From: Kiritimatiellia bacterium | Lineage (GTDB): Bacteria; Verrucomicrobiota; Kiritimatiellia; JAAZAB01 | Assembly: GCA_040767085.1 (NCBI GenBank) | Contig: JAXGPF010000003.1 | Span: 288,001 to 352,000 of the forward strand | DNA: 64,000 nucleotides | Direction of reading: 5' to 3' | Shown: piece after piece, positions 30,144 through 38,160 of the stretch | Position numbering within the stretch: position 1 is the stretch's first letter | How the letters are laid out: every line of letters starts with the position of its first letter | Notes under the pieces: model-generated | What the model saw: the letters and a program-made list of their open reading frames with translations, nothing else | What the model was told of the DNA's origin: nothing | The model's database searches: none | Translations under genes and position numbers: made by a program

Positions 30144-33100
30144 TCAATCATCCTGGAACTCCGTGGCGGTCGCCCCGGCCTCCATTTGCAAGCCGCTGAC
30201 CCAGATCTTGGTTCCCGCGGGCTTGTCCGGCGCGAGCCGGAACCGGAATCCCGGCTGGCCGGTGAAATCCGGGTACGGACTGGAAGGTTTCAACTCGCCG
30301 GCTACCTCAAACCTTTGCCATTCGGGCTTCAGGGTAAAGGCTCTGAAGCTGTTTTTGACAAACGGCAGGTTGACAATCAGCCGGTCGCCATCGCGCGCGC
30401 CTTTGGCGTAAAGCGAAAACACCATTTGCTGTGGTTGGCCGGCACCGGATACGGGCGGATAAAATACGCCGCTCATGCCGGTTGACAACTCAGGCTTGGT
30501 ATACACCATGCACAAGGAAGGATTGCCATTCCAGGGATTCTGATCATCCAGCCACCACGAAGAACCTTTTTGACCGCGGGCAGGATCATGGCCCGGCCCC
30601 CAATTGGGCAGGAAAAAGTCCGGTACCCCCTTGTTGAATTGCCGGCGGAAGCAAGGATTGGGAATGTGATTCTTCCCCAGCCGCGCCCGGCGGACGATCC
30701 CGGCGACATCCACGCGCGGGGCCAGCTCATTCGTCACGGCCCGCATGGAAACCGCCACGTCCACCGGCGCGGGTAGCCCGGCCGCCTCCGTTGGGCGCGG
30801 ATGGAGTTGCAACCGGTACGCCCGCACGCCGTACCCCTCGATTTTGTCGGCAAACGACTCACCATCCAAATCCATTGCACTTTGTGGCTTTGTGCATTTG
30901 TGAGAGATTTCCGCCATTTCGGCGGCGCCAAACATCCGCGCCGCCGCCTGCAATCCGCCGATCTTAAACTCCGTCTCCACGGCATGCGGAACGATATTGG
31001 CGGCCAGCAGCAGGTAGTCGCCATCGGGGTATTGAAACAAAGCGGCATTGACCATGGGAAATTTTTGCTCCGCCGGGTTAAAATTGTCCGGCGCATAACG
31101 GATTTGCTGCGCGACCTCGCCATTGAGCAGCGCGGGCGACATCTCCCGGATTTGGGCGTTAATCATACGCAGCGCGTCCCAGGCATCTTCGCCGACCACC
31201 ACGTGGAGGACGAAATACAGCAAGCCGCGCGCGCCGTAGATCATCGCGGTATAGGCCTGGCAAAGCATGTGGGCCTTATCCATGCTGATCGGCGTCCGCC
31301 CCAAGTCCAGGAAGTTGGACAATGGCACGAAAAACATGACCTTGTGGTCCTGGCGGCAACGTTCCCGCAGCTTATGCGCGTAATAGGCCGTGTACCAGCC
31401 CGGCTCGCTGAAAATCCGGCCGGTAAACGGGCGCGGGTAGATGTCGAATCCCAGCATCTGGCCCCAGCGCGTCCAGTTGTCACCATGGGGAATGTTCATG
31501 GAATAGAGCAGGAATTGCGGCCGGTATGGATCGACCTGCAGCACGGTTTCGTAATACCACTCCGCCACCTTGATCTTGATCTCGCTGTCGTTCAGGTTCG
31601 GTTCGTCCACGTTGTAATAAGCCAGGACGTTCCGGTGTTCACGCAGGACTTCGGCGACGGCGGTCAAGGTCGGCTCCAGGGTTTGGTACCATTGCCGCTG
31701 GTAGGCAATCCGCTCGCCCAGCGGCTGGGTGAGCGGCGGCCGCGAATCGCCCGGCTTGTATCCCGGCCATTTCGGCATCGGCGAATTCCATTCCACTACG
31801 CTCATCCCGTATTTATCCGCCAATTCCGCAAACCGGCCGGCGCTGGCGGCCGCAGCCTCCACGTCGCCCGGTTCCTTGCAGATATTCTCATGCGCCAGCG
31901 TGTTGAAGCCGATTACAGACAGGTGCTTGAACAGCGCTTCTTCATCGCCGGGACCGGCATCCACCGTAAACGGGAAATTGGTGTTCCAGTGCGCTACATA
32001 CATGCCGACCGGGAAAACCGGCCGGTCATCCTGCAGCAGCACACCCCGGGTGAAATCAGCCTTGACCTCGAATCCGGGCCGGGGCGGCAGCCGCTGCGCC
32101 TCAAGCTGCCTGGCTGCCATTTCTGTTCCGTCCAGCAAGATGCGCAGGTCGACTGCATTGCTGCCGGCCGCGAGCGCCTCGAGGGGAATGGCGGCGGTCA
32201 TGGCCGGCTGCAAGTCCCGGATTTCCATTGCCGCCCGGCCGTTGACAGCGATGCTCAGTGCCGCTTTTTTCAACAGTTGCCCGGGCAATCCCAATTCCAG
32301 GCGAATCTCCGCCTGGCGCTCGGACGTGTAATAACTGCGGCCGACGAAGGCTTTTTTGATTACCTGCAACTTGGTCAGATCGTCAATCGCCTTTTCCGCC
32401 AGCAGGCTGCCGGACGCCGGATCCACGAGCGCCACCCGCACCTGGCGTTCGCGCAAGTCGCCGGCGGGAATCGGCAACGTCAGTTCAAGTTGATACCGGC
32501 CGGTGACGCCCGGCGCCGATTTCCCGTCCAGCGCCGCCAGTTCAGCATGCTGGACGGCATCTTCCGCGCCATAGTTCTCGATTACCTGCACCAGCGCCGT
32601 GCCGGCAATCCCAGTAAAACGCTGTAAAGTCAGGTTGACATCATAGTAATATTTCCCAGCCTGCTCCCGCAGGCCGGCCACTTCGGCCGCCGCAATCTTC
32701 GGGGCGAAGGGCTGCTCCGGCCGGAAGCCGCCCAGTCCGGCGATGGCGGCGAATTTTTCATAATCATGGGTATACCGCCGGTCGGGCGTACCGGGCTGCA
32801 GCGTGGCCATGATCGTTTGCTCGCCTTGTTTTGCGCCCATCTGGTCCAGCGTTACTTGCCTGGAATTGCGGACGAGATTGATTTGCGCCCCGCTCAAATC
32901 ATCGCATTCCAGGGCATACAGCGGGATGGCGATTTCGGCCGTCCAGCCGTCGGGCCGGATTTTAGTCAAATGCCGCCAGGGCGCGCTCCAGGCCACCTCC
33001 TGTTTTGATACAGGCGTTTTCTGGAGGCGCTGCTCCATCGCCACGTTGGCGGCGCTTAAGACAAACCAGTAATAACGGTCCTGGCTCCCGTCCGGCTTGA

Positions 33101-33452
33101 GATAGATTTCCACCGACTCGTTGGCGTAAAAGTTCGGATAGATGTCGTCGTGCTTGAACACCGTCTGGGCGACATGCGCCATGTTGGAATTGAGGCACTT
33201 GAATCCCAGGTAAAGCCATTGATTGTCGCGGGCGAGATAAACCGTCGTGTCCGTGACCGGCGTATTGGTGTTTTCCAGGTATAGGCGCTCGATTTTCGCC
33301 GCGTTCTGCCAGGCGGGATCGTCAAGAGCGCCTTCCAGAACCGGCGGTTTATCGTAAATCGGGATATCAATGGGCTCTGATCTCGCCGCTATGATTCCCA
33401 GCAGCCCGCTGATGGCACAAAACATCGCCGGCAATTTTCGCATTAAATTCAT
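30144..33452 (-). CDS. Secreted multidomain glycoside-hydrolase-like protein, paralogue 3
   Basis: Same architecture and motifs as 20930..24229 (LDDPAW, WTAEIAIP, YYNVDEPN, IYGARGLLYF, GLQMEAGATATEF). Confidence 0.78.
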   Translation of the reverse strand: MNLMRKLPAMFCAISGLLGIIAARSEPIDIPIYDKPPVLEGALDDPAWQNAAKIERLYLENTNTPVTDTTVYLARDNQWLYLGFKCLNSNMAHVAQTVFKHDDIYPNFYANESVEIYLKPDGSQDRYYWFVLSAANVAMEQRLQKTPVSKQEVAWSAPWRHLTKIRPDGWTAEIAIPLYALECDDLSGAQINLVRNSRQVTLDQMGAKQGEQTIMATLQPGTPDRRYTHDYEKFAAIAGLGGFRPEQPFAPKIAAAEVAGLREQAGKYYYDVNLTLQRFTGIAGTALVQVIENYGAEDAVQHAELAALDGKSAPGVTGRYQLELTLPIPAGDLRERQVRVALVDPASGSLLAEKAIDDLTKLQVIKKAFVGRSYYTSERQAEIRLELGLPGQLLKKAALSIAVNGRAAMEIRDLQPAMTAAIPLEALAAGSNAVDLRILLDGTEMAARQLEAQRLPPRPGFEVKADFTRGVLLQDDRPVFPVGMYVAHWNTNFPFTVDAGPGDEEALFKHLSVIGFNTLAHENICKEPGDVEAAAASAGRFAELADKYGMSVVEWNSPMPKWPGYKPGDSRPPLTQPLGERIAYQRQWYQTLEPTLTAVAEVLREHRNVLAYYNVDEPNLNDSEIKIKVAEWYYETVLQVDPYRPQFLLYSMNIPHGDNWTRWGQMLGFDIYPRPFTGRIFSEPGWYTAYYAHKLRERCRQDHKVMFFVPLSNFLDLGRTPISMDKAHMLCQAYTAMIYGARGLLYFVLHVVVGEDAWDALRMINAQIREMSPALLNGEVAQQIRYAPDNFNPAEQKFPMVNAALFQYPDGDYLLLAANIVPHAVETEFKIGGLQAAARMFGAAEMAEISHKCTKPQSAMDLDGESFADKIEGYGVRAYRLQLHPRPTEAAGLPAPVDVAVSMRAVTNELAPRVDVAGIVRRARLGKNHIPNPCFRRQFNKGVPDFFLPNWGPGHDPARGQKGSSWWLDDQNPWNGNPSLCMVYTKPELSTGMSGVFYPPVSGAGQPQQMVFSLYAKGARDGDRLIVNLPFVKNSFRAFTLKPEWQRFEVAGELKPSSPYPDFTGQPGFRFRLAPDKPAGTKIWVSGLQMEAGATATEFQDD

Positions 33453-33593
33453 TTACAACTCTGCGATGCGGCGTGGACACATTGCGATTCATAAAATCAT
33501 GTCAATTCTAAATAAGTTGCCTGATAAAACAATGGACAATCGGGCTTTATTTTATGTATATTATTAGCAACGATATTCGCATGGAATTGCGCA

Positions 33594-34400
33594 ATGAAAA
33601 ATAGACTGACCCGCGATGCCATACCAACGCCTCTGGATGAAATCCGAGTGCACATATTCAACTGTCAGGCAATTCGCCTGTCGGAGCCGGCAAAGTGGTG
33701 GCATAGCGAAAACTATTCCGTCCCCTACTGGCGGCTTTATTGGAATTCCACCCCCGGCGCCGCGCTGATTCATAATTCCAGCCGTATCGAACTGACGCCC
33801 GATCAGGTTTTTCTTGTCATCCCAAACACCATTACGGCCAAGCGCTGCCGCCACCCATTGGATCATTACTTTGTGCATTTCGTCGCCGATCCACCTTATG
33901 ACCGGGCGCTCCCGGGCATCATTTCCTTTCCTGTTACCCCGGAGTTGACGGATGCTTTCCAGCAATTGCCCGAGTTGATTACAGCGGAGCCGCACCGCAG
34001 AAAATCGGGGTCAACCCGGATTTTGTTCCTCTGTTATTATGCATTGTCAAAGGTTCCTGCTGAACACATCAAGGAGGAATATCGCGATCAGCGGATAGAG
34101 CGCGCCATTGCCTGTATGGACGCCAATATAGCGTATCCGTCAGATAACACCGAGTTGGCCGGGATATCCGGCATGCATCCAACGGCATTCATCCGCCTGT
34201 TCAAAGAACGAATCGGGATGTCGCCCCAGGCATATTATCAAATCCGGCGGATAGAAGAGGCCTGCCGGCTATTGCATCTTACGACCATGAAAATGGATGA
34301 CATCGCCAAAAAGACCGGGTATTATGACCGATATCATTTTTCACGCATCTTCAAGAAAATCAGAGGGATGACTCCGACGCAATTCCGGCGTAAGCTCTGA
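33594..34400 (+). CDS. AraC-family transcriptional regulator
   Basis: C-terminal double HTH: FIRLFKERIGMSP..Y...RIEEACRLL...IAKKTGYYDRYHFSRIFKKIRGMTPTQFR. Confidence 0.92.
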   Translation: MKNRLTRDAIPTPLDEIRVHIFNCQAIRLSEPAKWWHSENYSVPYWRLYWNSTPGAALIHNSSRIELTPDQVFLVIPNTITAKRCRHPLDHYFVHFVADPPYDRALPGIISFPVTPELTDAFQQLPELITAEPHRRKSGSTRILFLCYYALSKVPAEHIKEEYRDQRIERAIACMDANIAYPSDNTELAGISGMHPTAFIRLFKERIGMSPQAYYQIRRIEEACRLLHLTTMKMDDIAKKTGYYDRYHFSRIFKKIRGMTPTQFRRKL

Positions 34401-34406
34401 GATGTG

Positions 34407-36134
34407 TTATCTCAGGATAAAGATGGACGCGGTGGGAATCAATTCATAACATCCCATATCAACAAGGCGAACCACTCGATCCACGCGCGGCCGGCCGTCC
34501 AGATCCGCGGCCCCGGCCATCCAGGACTGGTTCGTCCCCGCATTGACGCCCGGCGAAGCCCCCGCCAGGCGGAAAACCCCTGCTCCGGGCGCCGCGAAAA
34601 CCGGCGCATTCGTGATGTTCCCCTGCGCGGCGTTGGTCAGCACGGGGCTGCATGAGTAATAAAACACATTGGTCAGGCCGGCCGCCGGCAGATAGAGGTC
34701 GGCGGTATTGGCCGCCGCGCTGCCGCCGTTCGTCAGATTCGCCGCCACCGCCGTATTCCAGATACGCACCTTGTCCGGCGCGGCCTCGGCCACGATATAA
34801 ATGCCGCCGCCTTCGCGTCCGGCTTCATTTTCCACGATCGTGCAGGAAAGCACTTCCGTGATGCCCGTGCCGATGTAGAATCCGCCGCCCCGGCCGAGGC
34901 TGCCGCCCGGCGCGCGGTTGCCCTGGACCAGGCAATTGCGGAAGAGCGACGTGGCATTGCCGGAATTGCCGGAGTAGTTGTCGGTGTAAATCCCGCCGCC
35001 GGTATTATTAGTGGCGCAAACATTCGACGCAATCACGCAATCAACCACCGTGTTAAGATTGCTATGATTGCGCAAGTAAACGCCCGCGCCATGCCAAGCG
35101 CGATTGGTGTTGGCCACGATCCGGGAGCGCGCGATGTCCAGCGTGCCGTAACTGGCCGTGTTGGCGTTATTCGCCACGCCGGCGCCGTAAAGCGCCCGGT
35201 TGCACGCAATCAAGGTGTTGCTGACCACGGCCCGGCCATTGGCGGTAACCAACAGTCCGCCGCCGCCGTTGGCCGTCTGATTATGCGTAATCGTGCAGTT
35301 GTTGACGACAGACGTCCCGGCTCCCGCGGAGATGCCTCCGGCGTGCACGGCGTTGGTGTTGTTGCTGATCACGCAGGACTCCACCAACACCTGCCCGGCG
35401 ACGGCCATGCCGGCGCCCTGGGCACTGTCCGCCACCCAGTTGTCGGCAATCGTGCAATCCGCGACCGTCCCGCCATTGTCAACACTTACACCGCCGCCAT
35501 GGCCGTCGCGGTAGTTATAGCGCACCACCGAGCGCCGGAGCTGGGCGCCGCCGTAGACCGCCACCCCGCCGGCGCCGGAACTGGTTTTCAACAGGATCAG
35601 TTGCTTGTTGCTGACGATCACGCAATCCGTGGCCAGGGAATTGGAATAGCCCAGGTACATGCCGCCGCCCCCGTTGTAGACCGATACGGAGATGCAATGC
35701 CGGACAATGCAGTTGGTCACCACCCCCGCCTGCACCCAGATACCCGCGCCCATGCCATAATTGTCCGAGAGGTCAGGATAGCCTTTTTCCACGGTGAACC
35801 CGTCGAACACGGCGCCCGCGCTGTTGATGCGCACGCAGCGCGCGGAATAGTTCACGTCCGGATAAAAGGTGGAGATGACCGCCCCGGTGGGCGCATCCAG
35901 GCCGCGGACGGTGATGGCCTTGTTGATGTAAATGTTGGTGGTGACGATATAGGTGCCGTTGGAAACCAGCACGGTGTCATTGTCGACAACTTTTGACACG
36001 GCATTGCTGATGGTCAGCCAGGGACTCCCGGCGGAGCCATTGCCAGTGCTGTCGTTGCCGCTGGTGGCCACATAATAGGTCGCGGCCTGGCAGGTCACCG
36101 CGCCGGCGCAAATCATTGACACGATCCATTTCAT
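34407..36134 (-). CDS. Secreted beta-helix repeat / choice-of-anchor-Q-like protein (intact)
   Basis: Signal peptide, YYVATSGND...PWLTI..A, GGG/NC.I..N repeats, C-terminal F.L...SPGVNAG.N..W....DLDG.PR......DMGCYE. Confidence 0.85.
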   Translation of the reverse strand: MKWIVSMICAGAVTCQAATYYVATSGNDSTGNGSAGSPWLTISNAVSKVVDNDTVLVSNGTYIVTTNIYINKAITVRGLDAPTGAVISTFYPDVNYSARCVRINSAGAVFDGFTVEKGYPDLSDNYGMGAGIWVQAGVVTNCIVRHCISVSVYNGGGGMYLGYSNSLATDCVIVSNKQLILLKTSSGAGGVAVYGGAQLRRSVVRYNYRDGHGGGVSVDNGGTVADCTIADNWVADSAQGAGMAVAGQVLVESCVISNNTNAVHAGGISAGAGTSVVNNCTITHNQTANGGGGLLVTANGRAVVSNTLIACNRALYGAGVANNANTASYGTLDIARSRIVANTNRAWHGAGVYLRNHSNLNTVVDCVIASNVCATNNTGGGIYTDNYSGNSGNATSLFRNCLVQGNRAPGGSLGRGGGFYIGTGITEVLSCTIVENEAGREGGGIYIVAEAAPDKVRIWNTAVAANLTNGGSAAANTADLYLPAAGLTNVFYYSCSPVLTNAAQGNITNAPVFAAPGAGVFRLAGASPGVNAGTNQSWMAGAADLDGRPRVDRVVRLVDMGCYELIPTASIFILR

Positions 36135-36188
36135 CGGACGCCTCCCATGATGATTTTCTACTTCTTTCGTCTGTTTTCCGCTTCCCTT

Positions 36189-36398
36189 CCGTGTCTGTGT
36201 GTTGAATTCGGTTCGAAAAGAGCGGCGGCGATCTTACCCTGTCTGTCGCCCGCGGACGGGCGCCCCTTCGGGCGGGTTTGCCGGGAGCGGGGCAATCTTG
36301 AGATTAGCTCCGCCCACCGGCGCACCCGCATCCAGGGCAAGCTTGCCTTGTCTTTTCGAATCCCTTCGGGCAACCGAATTCAACACACGGGCGCATGG
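36189..36398 (+). ncRNA. Candidate rod-like structured RNA (unassigned)
   Basis: Nested helices: GTGTGTTGAATTCGGTT/AACCGAATTCAACACAC, TTCGAAAAGA/TCTTTTCGAA, CCCTG/CAGGG, GCGGGT/ACCCGC, GCCGG/CCGGC, GCGGGGC/GCTCCGC; two CC-UUCG-GG loops. Confidence 0.5.
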
Positions 36399-36680
36399 CT
36401 GACGCCTTATGCAATGCTCCTCAACATAAAACCTGTGTCTTTACACAACACACAAGCTTTCCGCAAATCCAAACACAACCGGTGACAACATCGATTAGCC
36501 TGTTTCGGATCGGCGGCCGCGGTGAGAATGGGCCTAAAAGCTCGTCGGAACCGTGGCCGCCGCATACCGAGCCGGACGGCGTCAAACCGCCACAACCGGC
36601 ATGACGTAAAATCCTCAACACCGTCAAGCCTCATTTATACCATCTCCGTTTTCATCCCGGTCGATCAAACTGTTCTGGAA

Positions 36681-37856
36681 TTAAGCATACCGCCCGTGCT
36701 TTTTTACCGCCTGGTAAAACTTCTCCAAATTCTCCGGCGGCGTGCCGGGCGCAATCACATTGCTCACCCGCACCATCAAACGCACGCCCTGTTTGACCCA
36801 GAGCTCAACAAACTCCCGGGCGGCATGGTCAATTTCCGACGCCGTCTTGCCCCAGAGCATCATGGGGTGGACGGTGCGGCGGTAGGTCACCGCCCGGCCC
36901 AGTTCCGCGGTCAGCTTGGCGAAGTCCGTAAAATACCCGGTTTCAATGTCACGGATATTGAGTTCGTCGTACAGCAGCCGGGCGTATTTTTCAATCGGCC
37001 CGCACAAGTGGATGGAATTGACGGCGCCCGGCCGGCCGCAAGCCGCGAGAATCCGCCGATGGCATGGCAGCACGAAGTCGGCGTACATCTGCGGCGACAA
37101 CAGCACGATCGCGTCATCGGCAAACCAGATCGCGTCATCCGGCAATCCGCAGCCGCCCGCCGGGTAAGCTTCGCGCATCAAGGCGCGGGAGGCCCCGATG
37201 CGCACGATAATCGCCTCCGTCACGAAATCCAGCAAAGCCCGGGCAAACCCAGGATCCTCGCAAAGGTCCAGGCACAGGTTGTCGGCGCCGCGCAAGCTGA
37301 CGGCGAGTGTAAAGGGCCCATCGGTGCCGCAGGGCAGGCGCGGCGGGGCAACCGGCCGTCCGGCGCAGCGCGCGGTGGCGGAACGTCGGCGGAAGAACTC
37401 GTAATATTGCATCATCCGCGCCATCGAGTTGCCGGTCAGCGGGTCGGGCATCTTCAGCCGGGCGAAAGCGCCCTTATCTTCCGCCAACATCGGCCTGGTC
37501 CAGAGCACATCTTCCTCGGGATAAACAATTCCGCACCCCAGCCACCCCGCTTCATACTGGTTTTGAAAGTCCACCACCACGCCTTCCCATTGTTCCGGCA
37601 AGCCGGCCGGGAGGTCGCCGGTGATGCGGGCGCGGTTGTATTGTTGCGTTTCAAGCTGGCACTGCATCATGAACGCGGGGTCCGTGAAATAGCGCCGGAA
37701 ACTCAAGTTACGCATTTTCAGGTAATACCGGATGGATATCCCGCCCGCCAACGGCGCCCGGACAGGCCGGCCGGAGCGAAACGCCCGCCACACTTCCGCG
37801 GCTTCCGCATTATGCCGCTCAATCGCCGCCGGATCAATTTCCGATTGCCGTGCCAT
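36681..37856 (-). CDS. Uroporphyrinogen decarboxylase (URO-D)/MtbA-like fold protein
   Basis: DGPFTLAVSLRG...LCLD..EDP......LLDF, DD....LSP.MY.DFVLP, IHLCG, IAPGTPPENL. Confidence 0.8.
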   Translation of the reverse strand: MARQSEIDPAAIERHNAEAAEVWRAFRSGRPVRAPLAGGISIRYYLKMRNLSFRRYFTDPAFMMQCQLETQQYNRARITGDLPAGLPEQWEGVVVDFQNQYEAGWLGCGIVYPEEDVLWTRPMLAEDKGAFARLKMPDPLTGNSMARMMQYYEFFRRRSATARCAGRPVAPPRLPCGTDGPFTLAVSLRGADNLCLDLCEDPGFARALLDFVTEAIIVRIGASRALMREAYPAGGCGLPDDAIWFADDAIVLLSPQMYADFVLPCHRRILAACGRPGAVNSIHLCGPIEKYARLLYDELNIRDIETGYFTDFAKLTAELGRAVTYRRTVHPMMLWGKTASEIDHAAREFVELWVKQGVRLMVRVSNVIAPGTPPENLEKFYQAVKKHGRYA

Positions 37857-37907
37857 GGACTGGCCTCCTTATTTCAACCTAAATCCGGCAGTTGGCAAGT
37901 TTGCCGC

Positions 37908-38035
37908 ATCCCGCTTTAAAGCGGGACAGGGATGCACGCTTGCCACGCGCGGCGCGTGGGCGGCAAGGGTGACGGTGTATTAATATATCCCGCTTTGAGC
38001 GGGACAAGCTCCGAATTTATCCCTCCCAGCGGGAC
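37908..38035. repeat. Three REP-like palindromes ATCCCGCT-N-AGCGGGAC
   Basis: 37908-37927, 37987-38005 and a degenerate copy at 38019-38035. Confidence 0.75.
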
Positions 38036-38160
38036 CCTTGCCAACAAAGCAGATGCGGCAAAATCGCCAACCATTTTCCGGTTTGAAATTCAAAAATTTT
38101 CTTACACCCGAAAGGTGTTTGCGACAGAAATCCTATCTTCCCTGTTTTCAATTGCTTATG

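Noticed and set aside
12244-36134. Diversity-generating retroelement or retron behind the paralogue variation
   Set aside because: No reverse transcriptase in the window, and the differences between near-identical segments did not look adenine-specific.
36255-36285. Minus-strand GGCAAACCCGCCCGAAGGGG resembling a c-di-GMP-I riboswitch
   Set aside because: It lacks the following GACGCAAAGC-type core, and the overall fold favours the + strand.
36201-36384. attC-like boxes GTTGAAT ... ATTCAAC
   Set aside because: The boxes are in the reverse order for an attC site, and there is no integrase or cassette array.
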